DNA from: Candidatus Nealsonbacteria bacterium | GTDB lineage: Bacteria > Patescibacteriota > Minisyncoccia > Minisyncoccales > PWPS01 | Assembly (NCBI GenBank): GCA_003561025.1 | Contig: PWII01000060.1 | Span: forward strand, 1 to 33,231 | Direction of reading: 5' to 3' | DNA length: 33,231 nt | The notes under the pieces: generated by a model | What the model saw: only the letters and a program-made list of their open reading frames with translations | Database searches by the model: none | Told to the model about the DNA's origin: nothing | Part shown: positions 9,058 through 18,476 of the stretch, piece by piece | How positions within the stretch are numbered: position 1 is the first letter of the stretch | Layout: every line of letters begins with the position of its first letter | Program-made: the position numbers and the translations under genes

Positions 9058-9084
9058 TCTGAATTTAATTTGTAAAAAACAACG

Positions 9085-9120
9085 AAAAAACGCCACTTGA
9101 AATAATTTGGCGTTTTTTTT
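9085..9120 (+). terminator. Intrinsic terminator (possibly bidirectional)
   Basis: AAAAAACGCCA-12 nt loop-TGGCGTTTTTTTT, located 28 bp after the acidic protein stop. Confidence 0.75.
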
Positions 9121-9146
9121 GCAAAATAAATTTATTGTGATAGAAT
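9119..9146 (+). promoter_or_regulatory. sigma70-type promoter for tig
   Basis: TTGCAA (9119-9124), 16 bp spacer, and extended -10 TGa-TAGAAT (9138-9146). Confidence 0.55.
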
Positions 9147-9181
9147 GAGGCAGAAAATGTATAAGATAAGTAAAATAAAAA

Positions 9182-10477
9182 ATGGATTTTAAAATAAAAG
9201 AGATATCAGAGACAAAAAAGGAGATTGAGGTTACTATTTTAGCCGAAGAGATGAAGCCTTATTTGGAAAAAACAGCAAATGATTTTGCGGCTAATATGAA
9301 TATTAAAGGGTTTCGTCAGGGAAATGCACCTCTTAGTATTGTTGAAAATACAGTTGGAAAAGAAAAGCTCTTTGAAGAAGCTGCAAAAAAAGCGATTGAA
9401 GAGACATATCCTAAAATTATAAAAGAAAATGATCTCTTTACTGTTGCAAGCCCTCAAGTTGATTTGGTAAAGTGTGCTCCCGGAAATGAAGTGGTCTATA
9501 AGGCTATTGTCTATGTAATGCCGGATATCAAGTTGCCCGATTATAGGGGGATGTCCAAAGAGACCGTCTCAAAGGCAAAATCTGAAATTGAGATAGATGA
9601 GAAGGAGATAGATGGAATTTTGAAGAGAATGCAAGAAAGCAAAGCGTCTCTGCAAAAGACAGAGAGACCCGCAAAAGATGGGGATGCGATTATGATTGAC
9701 TTTAAAGGAGTTTTTGAGAATGATAGTGATAAAAAGATAGAAGAAAAGAATTTTAGAGTTGACCTTGGTAGCGGTGAAAGTGGAGTGATTGACGGTTTTG
9801 AAAAGGAGCTTATTGGCTCTAAGGCAGGTGACACTAAACAATTTTCTCTTGAGATACCTAATATGGCTGATGGCAGTAATAAAAAAGATAAGGTTAATTT
9901 TGATGTAACAGTTATTTCAGTAATGGAAAAGAATCTTCCGGAGGTTAATGATGAGTTTGCAAGTTCTTTTCCCAACATAGAAAACTTGAATCAATTAAGA
10001 GAGAAGATAAGAGAAGGGTCGCTTCATGAGAAGAAGGCAAAAGAGAAAGAAAAGCTAAAGGTGGAGGTTTTGGAAAATATAAGAAAAGAGACTCCTTTTG
10101 AAGTTCCAGAGGTTTTGGTTGAAAAAGAGCTTGATAATATGATAAAGAATGTAGAAAATCAGCTTTCACAAAATGGAAAAACAATAGACGATTACTTAAA
10201 AGAGATAAAAAAGACCAGAGAAGAACTAAAAGAAGGGTGGAAAGAGAAGGCGAAACAGAATGTAGCTTATGCTATTATCTTGCACACAATCTCTAAAGAA
10301 GAGGGGATTGATGTTACCGATAAAGAGATAGAAGAAGAAGTTGATCGGCACTTTAATATTTCTGGTAAAAATAAAGATGAGGAAAAAGAGGAAAACTTAA
10401 ACAAGATGAGAGCCTACATCCATGATGTAATAAAGAATCAAAAAGTATTTAAAGCTTTATCAATTGATGATAATTAG
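9182..10477 (+). CDS. tig: Trigger factor
   Basis: Ribosome-binding motif IKGFRQGNAP, FKBP-like domain (GDAIMIDF..IDGFEKELIG) and helical C-domain. Confidence 0.96.
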   Translation: MDFKIKEISETKKEIEVTILAEEMKPYLEKTANDFAANMNIKGFRQGNAPLSIVENTVGKEKLFEEAAKKAIEETYPKIIKENDLFTVASPQVDLVKCAPGNEVVYKAIVYVMPDIKLPDYRGMSKETVSKAKSEIEIDEKEIDGILKRMQESKASLQKTERPAKDGDAIMIDFKGVFENDSDKKIEEKNFRVDLGSGESGVIDGFEKELIGSKAGDTKQFSLEIPNMADGSNKKDKVNFDVTVISVMEKNLPEVNDEFASSFPNIENLNQLREKIREGSLHEKKAKEKEKLKVEVLENIRKETPFEVPEVLVEKELDNMIKNVENQLSQNGKTIDDYLKEIKKTREELKEGWKEKAKQNVAYAIILHTISKEEGIDVTDKEIEEEVDRHFNISGKNKDEEKEENLNKMRAYIHDVIKNQKVFKALSIDDN

Positions 10478-10492
10478 TAAGCCTTATAATCT

Positions 10493-10864
10493 ATGAAAAA
10501 GATACTTGTAGTTGAAGATGAAAAGATGCTTGGAGAAATCTATCGTGATAAGTTTGTAAGCGAGGGTTTTGACGTTCATTTAGCGCTTGATGCGGAGGAG
10601 GGACTGGAGATTGCCAAGAAGATAACTCCTGACTTAATTATACTTGATATACTTCTACCAAGAGCAAACGGAATTGATTTTTTGGAAAACTTGAGAAAGA
10701 TGGAGGAGACTAAGGAGATAAAGGTAATTGCTTTTTCAAATTATGATGATGCAGATTCAAAGGAGAAGGCAAAAGCTTTGGGAGCAAAGGAGTATCTAAT
10801 CAAAACAAACCACACTCCAAGAGAGATACTGGATAAAATCAATAGACATCTTCAATCTCAATAG
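10493..10864 (+). CDS. Single-domain response regulator (CheY-like receiver)
   Basis: ILVVEDE, PDLIILDILLP (phospho-Asp) and GAKEYLIK motifs; no output domain. Confidence 0.93.
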   Translation: MKKILVVEDEKMLGEIYRDKFVSEGFDVHLALDAEEGLEIAKKITPDLIILDILLPRANGIDFLENLRKMEETKEIKVIAFSNYDDADSKEKAKALGAKEYLIKTNHTPREILDKINRHLQSQ

Positions 10865-10923
10865 AAAGAGAAAAGAGATGTAATTTTCTTACCACGAGGC
10901 TTAGTAGTGGAAATTTTTAAAAG

Positions 10924-11898
10924 ATGAAAGAAAGATTTATAAAAAATAGAGCAATACTCATTCCTGTCTTTGCTATCTGTTTATCTGTCGCTCTCTTTTT
11001 CTTTGTGTCTTCTTTTTCAAATGAAGATGACTTAGAGATAGAAGTATCGGAGGAGAAGACTAAAGAATATCCGGAATATATCGGTGAAAAAGATTTGGAT
11101 GCTGATATTAATGCAAGAGCCGCAATTTCATACTATTTTGACAAAGATGGAAACGAGAGAAATCTTTATGAAATGAATATAGAAGAACGTTTGCCGATTG
11201 CAAGTATAAGCAAATTAATGTCAGCGGTTATTGTCTTAAAATATTATGATTTGGATGAAGAAGTAGGAATTAGTGAAAACGATATCTTAACCCACTCTGA
11301 GTTTCGAGACTTTAGAGCATGGGAAGAGACAAAAGTTTTGGAGATGCTCTATCCGATGATTATTGAGTCTAATAATAGCGCAGCGTTTGCGCTTGCGATG
11401 ATTAGTGATAGATTTTTGAAAAGCAGTGATGAAAATAGGGGCGTTGAGTTATTTGTTGAGATGATGAACAGAGAGGCGGAAGAGATGGGGATGAATAATA
11501 CTCAGTTCATCAATGCAAGTGGACTTGATACCGTAAGCGATTATAACTATTCTACTGCCAGTGACCTTGCTATCTTTGCAAAAAATATAATATTACATAA
11601 TGATGATATTTTTGAAATCTCAATGCATAGGTCTTATAATCTCTATTCTCCCGATAAGACGATTTATTACGAATCATTTAATACGAATCAATTTTTACAT
11701 AACAACAAAAACGATTGGCAAGATTATATAATCGGAGGTAAAACCGGATTTACCTTAGCATCCAAGGGATGTCTTATTATTGTTCTATCATCTCCGAAAA
11801 AAGACGGCTACATTGTCAATGTTGTTCTTGGCACGGAAGATAGATTTAAGGAGATGGAAAAGTTGATTAATTACACTTATAAAGCATATAGTTTTTAG
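10924..11898 (+). CDS. D-alanyl-D-alanine carboxypeptidase (peptidase S11, DacA-like)
   Basis: N-terminal membrane anchor; SxxK (ASISKLM), SxN (ESNN) and KTG (GGKTGFT) motifs; FINASGL. Confidence 0.92.
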   Translation: MKERFIKNRAILIPVFAICLSVALFFFVSSFSNEDDLEIEVSEEKTKEYPEYIGEKDLDADINARAAISYYFDKDGNERNLYEMNIEERLPIASISKLMSAVIVLKYYDLDEEVGISENDILTHSEFRDFRAWEETKVLEMLYPMIIESNNSAAFALAMISDRFLKSSDENRGVELFVEMMNREAEEMGMNNTQFINASGLDTVSDYNYSTASDLAIFAKNIILHNDDIFEISMHRSYNLYSPDKTIYYESFNTNQFLHNNKNDWQDYIIGGKTGFTLASKGCLIIVLSSPKKDGYIVNVVLGTEDRFKEMEKLINYTYKAYSF

Positions 11899-11903
11899 TA
11901 AAT

Positions 11904-13010
11904 ATGTATGGTGATGATTTTGTAGTTGATTTGGTAAAGGTTTTTGCGGTAGGAGTCTTTGCGGTATTACTCGCTTCTGCTCTAACGCCCTCTTTGACAA
12001 GCTTTCTTTTTGAAAATAAGCTATGGAAAAAGAAAAACAAAGCAATCTCTATTGATGGGAAAGAGGCAAGATATTTCAACAAATTTCATTCAGAAAAAGA
12101 GACAAAAGTTCCACGAATTGGAGGGTTGCTTATCTGGTGCTCTGTCTCTTTTCTTGCTCTTTTACTCTTTTTTCTATCAAATCTTTTTGATTTTTTTTGG
12201 ATTGAAAAGTTTGACTTCTTAAGTAGAGATCAGACATGGCTTCCTCTCTTTACTCTTATTTCAGCTTCGCTTGTCGGTCTTTCTGATGATTTACTGCAAA
12301 TTGTTAGAAATCCTAGAAATATTTTTTTAAGAAAGATTTGGAGGAGAGCCGAAGACGGTCTCGGAGAGGGATTGGGCTTGCGTTATAGAATTATTCTGGT
12401 TACTGTAATCGGACTTATTGGGGCATGGTGGTTTTATTTTCGTTTAGGTCAAGAATCTATTTATCTTCCTTTTTTGGAAGAGGTGAGTCTTGGAGTTTTT
12501 TATATTCCTTTTTTTATAATTGTTATGGTGGCAATTTATAGTGGGGGAGTTATCGATGGAATTGACGGACTTGCGGGAGGAGTATTTATCTCCATTTTTA
12601 GTGCATATACTATAATTTCTTTTTTACAAGGACAGCTAAATTTGGCTGCCTTTTGTATTGCCATTGTTGGTAGCGTCTTAGTCTTTCTGTGGTTTAATAT
12701 TCCACCGGCAAGATTTTATATGGGGGAGACCGGTATTATCGGACTCACAACGACAGTGACAGTAGTCGCATTTTTAACCGGAGCGGTCTTTGTTTTACCG
12801 ATAATTGCTTTTCCCTTAATAATCACATCTCTATCCGTAATTATTCAACTATTATCAAAAAAATTTAGAGGCAAGAAGGTTTTTTTGGCAGCTCCGCTTC
12901 ATCATCATCTTGAAGCAATCGGATGGCCTCAACACAAGATAACGATGCGTTTTTGGGTCGTTAGCGCTTTAATGGGGATTGTTGGTGTTTTGATTCACCT
13001 TCTCTTATAA
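11904..13010 (+). CDS. mraY: Phospho-N-acetylmuramoyl-pentapeptide transferase
   Basis: VPRIGG, GLSDD, DGIDGLAGG, WFNIPPARFYMGETG and APLHHHLEAIGW..RFW motifs; adjacent to murD-ftsW-murG. Confidence 0.95.
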   Translation: MYGDDFVVDLVKVFAVGVFAVLLASALTPSLTSFLFENKLWKKKNKAISIDGKEARYFNKFHSEKETKVPRIGGLLIWCSVSFLALLLFFLSNLFDFFWIEKFDFLSRDQTWLPLFTLISASLVGLSDDLLQIVRNPRNIFLRKIWRRAEDGLGEGLGLRYRIILVTVIGLIGAWWFYFRLGQESIYLPFLEEVSLGVFYIPFFIIVMVAIYSGGVIDGIDGLAGGVFISIFSAYTIISFLQGQLNLAAFCIAIVGSVLVFLWFNIPPARFYMGETGIIGLTTTVTVVAFLTGAVFVLPIIAFPLIITSLSVIIQLLSKKFRGKKVFLAAPLHHHLEAIGWPQHKITMRFWVVSALMGIVGVLIHLLL

Positions 13011-13016
13011 TTCTGT

Positions 13017-13050
13017 TTGAACTAACGATTAAAAATGCTATTCTTGTAAT
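13017..13050 (+). promoter_or_regulatory. Promoter for murD, probable leaderless transcript
   Basis: TTGAAC (13017-13022), 16 bp spacer, TGc-TATTCT (13036-13044), 6 nt, then ATG 13051. Confidence 0.5.
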
Positions 13051-14319
13051 ATGACACTGCTTTCTAAATTTTATAAAAAAAAGGTATTGATTCTTGGCGC
13101 AGGCGAAGAGGGGCTGGATAGTTTGTCATTTTTTAAGCAAAATATAGATTATTCTGCACTTGGAGTAGCAGACAAACTCTCTTTTGATGATTTTGGACCG
13201 AAAACAAAACAGGTATTAAAGAGTGGAGTAACTCTTCATCTTGGAAGGAGTTATCTTGCTGCCGTAAAAGATTATGATGTAATTGTTAAATCACCCGGCA
13301 TTCCATTATCAGCACTTAAAATTGATAAGCATCAGGTATTAACATCTCAGAGTGACATCTTTTTATCAAACTGCAAAGGAAACATTATAGGAATAACCGG
13401 AACAAAGGGAAAAAGTACTACGGCACATCTTATCTATAATCTGCTTAAAAATAACGGTTTTTCTGCTCAATTAGTCGGGAATATAGGAATGCCGGCACTA
13501 TCTTTTCTGAAGGACTCTAAGAGAGTGGATTTTTTTGTCTATGAGCTTTCAAGCTTTCAACTTGCTACAATAAAGAAGAGTCCACATATTGCAATTATTC
13601 TAAACATATTCAAGGATCATCTAGATAACCACACCAGCTTTAAAGAATATATGGAAGCAAAAGCTAAGATTACCGAATTTCAAAAGAAAGAAGACTTTTT
13701 GATATATGACAAAGATAATGAGTATGTAAGAATAATCGCGGAGAGATCCATTGCCAAAAAGATACCATTTGACAGCACGAAAAGAGAGAAGGGGATTATG
13801 GTATCTATTGAACCTATTATTTATCTCAGCGAGCTTTTGAAGATTAAAAAAGATATTTACGAAAAGACGATAACCGAGTTTGGGGGACTTCCACACAGAA
13901 CCGAGTTTTTAGGAAGATATCAGGGAATATCTTTTTACAATGACTCAGCAGCAACAATTCCGGAAGCAACTATAAATGCGATTAATTCTTTAAAAAACAT
14001 TCAAACACTGGTTGTAGGTGGAGTAGATAAAGGAGGAGATTACCCTAAGCTTATTGATGCACTAAAAGAAAGCGATATTCAAAATATAGTTATCTTTAAA
14101 GGAAGTCCGAAGGATTTTGAAAAAGGGATAACCGAATTAGGAAAAATTGTATTTTATGCAGGAGATATGAAGGAGGCAGTTCAGCATTGCTTTAATAATA
14201 CTACAAAGGAAAAATCATGCCTTCTGTCTCCGGGATTTGCCAGCTTTAATATGTTTAAAAATTATAAAGAAAGAGGAGAACTTTTTAAGAGATATGTTCG
14301 TGAGCAGGGTAAAACATAA
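13051..14319 (+). CDS. murD: UDP-N-acetylmuramoyl-L-alanine--D-glutamate ligase
   Basis: KSPGIP, GITGTKGKSTT, GNIG, ELSSFQL, DHLD, PHRTE, YNDSAAT, GGVDKG and LLSPGFASFNMFKNYKERG motifs. Confidence 0.97.
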   Translation: MTLLSKFYKKKVLILGAGEEGLDSLSFFKQNIDYSALGVADKLSFDDFGPKTKQVLKSGVTLHLGRSYLAAVKDYDVIVKSPGIPLSALKIDKHQVLTSQSDIFLSNCKGNIIGITGTKGKSTTAHLIYNLLKNNGFSAQLVGNIGMPALSFLKDSKRVDFFVYELSSFQLATIKKSPHIAIILNIFKDHLDNHTSFKEYMEAKAKITEFQKKEDFLIYDKDNEYVRIIAERSIAKKIPFDSTKREKGIMVSIEPIIYLSELLKIKKDIYEKTITEFGGLPHRTEFLGRYQGISFYNDSAATIPEATINAINSLKNIQTLVVGGVDKGGDYPKLIDALKESDIQNIVIFKGSPKDFEKGITELGKIVFYAGDMKEAVQHCFNNTTKEKSCLLSPGFASFNMFKNYKERGELFKRYVREQGKT

Positions 14320-15400
14320 GAGTCCGGATATTATTTTACTCGGAATTGTATTCCTTATTATTTTATTGGGACTTTTTGCATTGGCAAGTGCTGCTACGGT
14401 TGGAGACGCAAACAGAATATCACAACAGATTTTGCTAGGGCTTGTGCCCGGGATATTTTTAGGCATTTTACTTTTTAAGACTCCGTTAAATATAATTCAA
14501 AAATGGAGCCCCTATCTTTTGTTTTTAAATATTTTATTGGTCGGAATGATATTTTTGCCCGGATTTTCAGAGCCGATAAGGGGTGGGTCAAGATGGTTGC
14601 ATCTTGGTCAACTATCGTTTCAACCATCAGAATTCCTCAAATTAACTTTTATACTTTATGTTGTAAGTTGGCTTGTTGCACGAGGAGAACAGAGAGGAAA
14701 AAACAAGAGCCTACCACCAACAAAGACGCTTCTACCTTTTGTTATTGTTTCAGGAATAATTGGAGCTTTGCTAATAAATCAGCCTGATTTAAGCACTCTT
14801 GGCGTAATTCTCTTTTCCGGATTTGTAGTCTATTTTACAGCAAGAACGCCTCTGTGGCATACTGTGCTGCTTGCTGCGGGGAGCTCCGCTCTTTTCTTTT
14901 TATTTATAAAGTTTAGCTCTTATAGATGGGAGAGAATAAGCAGTCTCTTTAATGTTGATATTAGCCCCTTAAGCTCTACATATCATATTAGACAAGCATT
15001 TATTGCAATCGGATCAGGGGGGTTTTTTGGATTGGGTCTTGGAATGAGCAGGCAAAAATTTGGATTTCTTCCTTTTCCGGCGACAGATTCAGTCTTTGCC
15101 ATTATCGGAGAAGAGATGGGCTTTATCGGCGCAACCCTTATTATTTTTCTCTTTTTGGCATTTTTTTGGCGTGGATTTTTGATTGCAAAAGATAATAAAA
15201 ACAACTTTGCAAGACTTTTGGCAATTGGAATATCGACATGGATATTTACCCAGACAGCAATAAATATCGGTGTCATGCTCGGTCTTTTTCCGTTTACGGG
15301 AATTCCACTCCCTTTTATAAGTTATGGAAAATCACACCTTATTGCAGAACTTGCAGCTGTCGGTATTCTGCTTAATGCTTCCTGTTATAAAAAAAAGTGA
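14294..15400 (+). CDS. ftsW: SEDS-family peptidoglycan glycosyltransferase FtsW
   Basis: RWL..FQPSEFLK, QPDLST, GSGGFFGLGLG, TDSVFAIIGEEMG and TGIPLPFISYG motifs; lies between murD and murG. Start placed at ATG 14294 (GTG 14300 is possible) rather than 14237, which lies deep inside murD. Confidence 0.92.
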   Translation: MFVSRVKHKSPDIILLGIVFLIILLGLFALASAATVGDANRISQQILLGLVPGIFLGILLFKTPLNIIQKWSPYLLFLNILLVGMIFLPGFSEPIRGGSRWLHLGQLSFQPSEFLKLTFILYVVSWLVARGEQRGKNKSLPPTKTLLPFVIVSGIIGALLINQPDLSTLGVILFSGFVVYFTARTPLWHTVLLAAGSSALFFLFIKFSSYRWERISSLFNVDISPLSSTYHIRQAFIAIGSGGFFGLGLGMSRQKFGFLPFPATDSVFAIIGEEMGFIGATLIIFLFLAFFWRGFLIAKDNKNNFARLLAIGISTWIFTQTAINIGVMLGLFPFTGIPLPFISYGKSHLIAELAAVGILLNASCYKKK

Positions 15401-15412
15401 TATAATTGACAT
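15398..15412 (+). promoter_or_regulatory. Consensus extended -10 promoter for murG, probable leaderless transcript
   Basis: TGa-TATAAT (15398-15406; the TGA is also the ftsW stop), 6 nt, then ATG 15413. Confidence 0.6.
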
Positions 15413-16564
15413 ATGAGCAAGCCCAAAAAACATAAGATAATTTTTACCGGAGGAGGAACGGGAGGACATATTTTTCCTCTTATCGCTATTATCCGGGAAT
15501 TAAAAAAAATTTTACCAACGGAAACTCTCTTATTGTATTATATTGGCCCACAAGACACCATCTCCAAGGAATATATGGAGAAAGAGGGGATTGAGATAAG
15601 ATATATTTCAACAGGGAAGGTGAGGAGGTATGGCGGTTTTAAGACCAGAATTCAGGACTTTTTAGATATAGTATTTCGTATTCCGTTAGGGATTATTCAG
15701 TCATTTTTGCATATCTATATCATCTCACCGGATCTGATTTTTAGCAAAGGGGGATACGGCTCTTTTCCAATTGTTATTATGGGTAGATTCTTCAATATAC
15801 CACTCTTACTGCATGAATCTGATGCCGTTCTTGGAGCGACAAACAAGTTGCTGCAAAAATTTTTTGCGGAAATTTTTACCTCTTTTCCCAAAACTGAAGG
15901 AGTAGAAACAGAAAAGATGCTTGTCGTAGGAAATCCTATTCGTGAAGAGATATTGGAGGGAGATAAGAAGAAAGGAGCAGAGCTTTTTAAACTGAAAGCA
16001 GAAAAACCTGTTATCGTGATCATTGGAGGTTCTCAAGGCAGTGAAAGAATAAATGATCTCTTTTTATCCGCTCTTACCGGCTTTTTACAAGATTTTGAAA
16101 TTATTCATCAGTGTGGGAAAAATAATTACAAGGCCGTTTTTGCAGAATCAAATGCGGTTATAAATGATGAAAAGCTTAAAGAAAGCTATCATCTATTTGA
16201 CTTTTTTGATGAAGAAAAATTAAAGCATGCGTATAAGTGCGCAGACCTCATTGTGAGTAGAGCAGGATCAGGAAGCATATTTGAGATTGCCGCAAATAAT
16301 AAGGCCGCAATCTTTTTACCGCTTACAGAGTCAGCCCAAAATCATCAGTTAAGAAATGCATATCTTTATGCGAGCACCAAGTCGGCTGTAGTCTTAGAAG
16401 AGACAAATCTGACATCACGCTTTTTTCTAAGCAAAATAAAAGAGCTTTTTTCTCCTATAAAACAGATAAGAGTGATGGAGGAGAATTCAAAATATTTTGC
16501 GAGACCGCGAGCAGGAGGGATTATCGCCGCATATATTAAAGAATACCTTACAAGAAATGAATAA
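15413..16564 (+). CDS. murG: Undecaprenyl-PP-MurNAc-pentapeptide N-acetylglucosaminyltransferase
   Basis: GGGTGGHIFP, KGGYGS, HESD, GNPIR, GGSQGS, SRAGSGSIFE and HQLRNA motifs. Confidence 0.97.
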   Translation: MSKPKKHKIIFTGGGTGGHIFPLIAIIRELKKILPTETLLLYYIGPQDTISKEYMEKEGIEIRYISTGKVRRYGGFKTRIQDFLDIVFRIPLGIIQSFLHIYIISPDLIFSKGGYGSFPIVIMGRFFNIPLLLHESDAVLGATNKLLQKFFAEIFTSFPKTEGVETEKMLVVGNPIREEILEGDKKKGAELFKLKAEKPVIVIIGGSQGSERINDLFLSALTGFLQDFEIIHQCGKNNYKAVFAESNAVINDEKLKESYHLFDFFDEEKLKHAYKCADLIVSRAGSGSIFEIAANNKAAIFLPLTESAQNHQLRNAYLYASTKSAVVLEETNLTSRFFLSKIKELFSPIKQIRVMEENSKYFARPRAGGIIAAYIKEYLTRNE

Positions 16565-18083
16565 AAAAAGTGAAGAAAAAATTAGGCTTAGATTTGCTCC
16601 TTCTCCTACGGGGAGCTTTCATATCGGTTCGGCACGAGCAGCTCTTTTTAACTATCTTTACGCGCAAAAAGAGAAAGGAGTGTTGGTTTTGAGAATAGAA
16701 GATACAGACAGAGAAAGGTCAAAAAAGATATACGAAGAAGACATTATGCGAAGTTTATCTTGGCTTGGCATGACTTGGGAGGAGGGGGTTTTTGAAGACG
16801 AAGAAAGAGGAGACTATGGTCCATATAGACAGAGCGAAAGAGGAGATATATATAAGAGATACCTAATGAAGATGATAGAAGAAGAGAGAGCCTATTACTG
16901 TTTTTGCTCTAAAGAAAAGCTAGAAAAAGAGAGAGAAGAGAGTGAAAAAAATAAGATAGCTCACAAGTATTCCGGCACTTGTCGAAATTTGCCTATTAAA
17001 GAGCAAGATAAGAGGATTAGAGATGGGGAAAGATATGTAATTCGGCTCCGCCTTCCGGAAAATGAGATTATCAAATTTGATGACCGGATCAGAGGCAGTG
17101 TTAGTTTTAGCAGTGGAGAGCTCGGTGGTGACTTTGTTATTGGTAAAGAAAACTTTTTCCCGCTTTATAATTTTGCTTGTGTGGTTGATGATTACGAGAT
17201 GAAGATAACTCATGTTATCCGTGGTGAGGATCATATTTCAAACACTCCCAAACAGATTGCAATTCAGCAGGCGCTAGGAATTGAGATACCCGAATATGCA
17301 CATCTACCGCTAATATTGGGAAATGACAAGAGTAAGTTGAGTAAGAGGCATGGGTCAGTTTCTCTTTTTGAATATAAAGAAAAAGGCTATCTCCCTGAAG
17401 CACTTATTAACTTTATATCTTTTTTAGGATGGAATCCGGGAGGAGAAAGAGAGATATATTCAAAAGAAGAGATTATTGAGAAATTTTCTTTCTCCAGATG
17501 TCAAAAATCGGGAGCGGTGTTCAATATTGATAAATTGACATCAATTAACGGATATTATATTAGAAATATGGAACTAGAAAAGCTAACCGAAATAGTAGTT
17601 CCATATCTTATTTCCGAAAAATTAATTACAAAAAAAGGAGAAGGAGAGTATTATGCCCCTCAGAGAGACGAAGATATCAATTTTCGAAAAATAAAGGATA
17701 TAATCTCCCTGTATCAGGAAAGAATAAAGCTCCTTTCAGAGGTGCCTCTTTTAACGGACTATTTTTTTATTAAAAAACTAGACTATGATCCGAAACTACT
17801 TCTATGGAAAGAGGCTAGCCCTGAAGATACGATAAGACAGCTCCAAAACTGCATCAGCCTTGTAGAGTCGATAAAAAGGTGGGATCTTGAAACCATAAAA
17901 GAAGGCTTAATTAGAGAGGCTGATAAGAATGATAATAAAGGGGTCTTCTTGTGGCCTGCTAGAGTCGCGTTAAGCGGTAAAAAGGCCTCTGCGGGTCCTT
18001 TTGAGATAATATGGGTAATGGGACCGGAAATGACGATAGAGCGGCTCAGAATGGCAATAGAAAGCCTAAAAGGGATTAAATAG
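16557..18083 (+). CDS. gltX: Glutamate--tRNA ligase
   Basis: RFAPSPTG, HIGH-like HIGS, LRIEDTD, YYCFCS, IRGEDH and KLSKRH motifs. Start set at ATG 16557, overlapping the murG end by 8 bp. Confidence 0.96.
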   Translation: MNKKSEEKIRLRFAPSPTGSFHIGSARAALFNYLYAQKEKGVLVLRIEDTDRERSKKIYEEDIMRSLSWLGMTWEEGVFEDEERGDYGPYRQSERGDIYKRYLMKMIEEERAYYCFCSKEKLEKEREESEKNKIAHKYSGTCRNLPIKEQDKRIRDGERYVIRLRLPENEIIKFDDRIRGSVSFSSGELGGDFVIGKENFFPLYNFACVVDDYEMKITHVIRGEDHISNTPKQIAIQQALGIEIPEYAHLPLILGNDKSKLSKRHGSVSLFEYKEKGYLPEALINFISFLGWNPGGEREIYSKEEIIEKFSFSRCQKSGAVFNIDKLTSINGYYIRNMELEKLTEIVVPYLISEKLITKKGEGEYYAPQRDEDINFRKIKDIISLYQERIKLLSEVPLLTDYFFIKKLDYDPKLLLWKEASPEDTIRQLQNCISLVESIKRWDLETIKEGLIREADKNDNKGVFLWPARVALSGKKASAGPFEIIWVMGPEMTIERLRMAIESLKGIK

Positions 18084-18258
18084 TTGGTAGTCAGTACTTT
18101 TTTATAAAGAGCCCAAAGAGTATTGTAGTTTTTAAATTTTTGTTATCTATCTTATCTTTATTACAGTATATATAAACCTTAAAGGCAAAGCAGATTTATA
18201 AATTGATTTATTAGTAAGACTTAAGCTTATTGCTGTTTTTTTAAAAAAGAGAGAGATA

Positions 18259-18287
18259 TTGACAGAGGGTGATATATCGATTATACT
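18259..18287 (+). promoter_or_regulatory. Near-consensus sigma70 promoter upstream of xer
   Basis: TTGACA (18259-18264), 17 bp spacer, TATACT (18282-18287). Confidence 0.75.
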
Positions 18288-18312
18288 TCGCATAAGACAA
18301 CTTTACCGAAGT
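18285..18312. other. Putative dif-like Xer recombination site
   Basis: ACTTCGCATAA-GACAAC-TTTACCGAAGT has 11-6-11 geometry with outer inverted repeat ATACTTCG/CGAAGTAT. The left arm ends in CGCATAA like the E. coli dif XerC arm GGTGCGCATAA. It is intergenic, 164 bp before xer, near the gene-orientation switch. Confidence 0.68.
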
Positions 18313-18476
18313 ATTTAAGCTAACCTCTCTCCATTTGCAAAAATTGTGAGAATCTGTCTTTTTTAGATAATTGTAATTAATACCTTAAAAGATAATTATC
18401 TTATTATAACTACAATCAGGATTAGACGAAATAAATTTTAGATTTTTATTTTAGACAATCTAAAATCAATCTATTT

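Noticed and set aside
10493..10864. Orphan receiver protein as part of a novel signalling system
   Set aside because: Stand-alone receiver domains are common, and no kinase or partner is visible in the window.
18084..18476. Intergenic gap as oriC or a tRNA/ncRNA locus
   Set aside because: No DnaA boxes (TTATCCACA-like) or cloverleaf recognised, and genes converge rather than diverge here.
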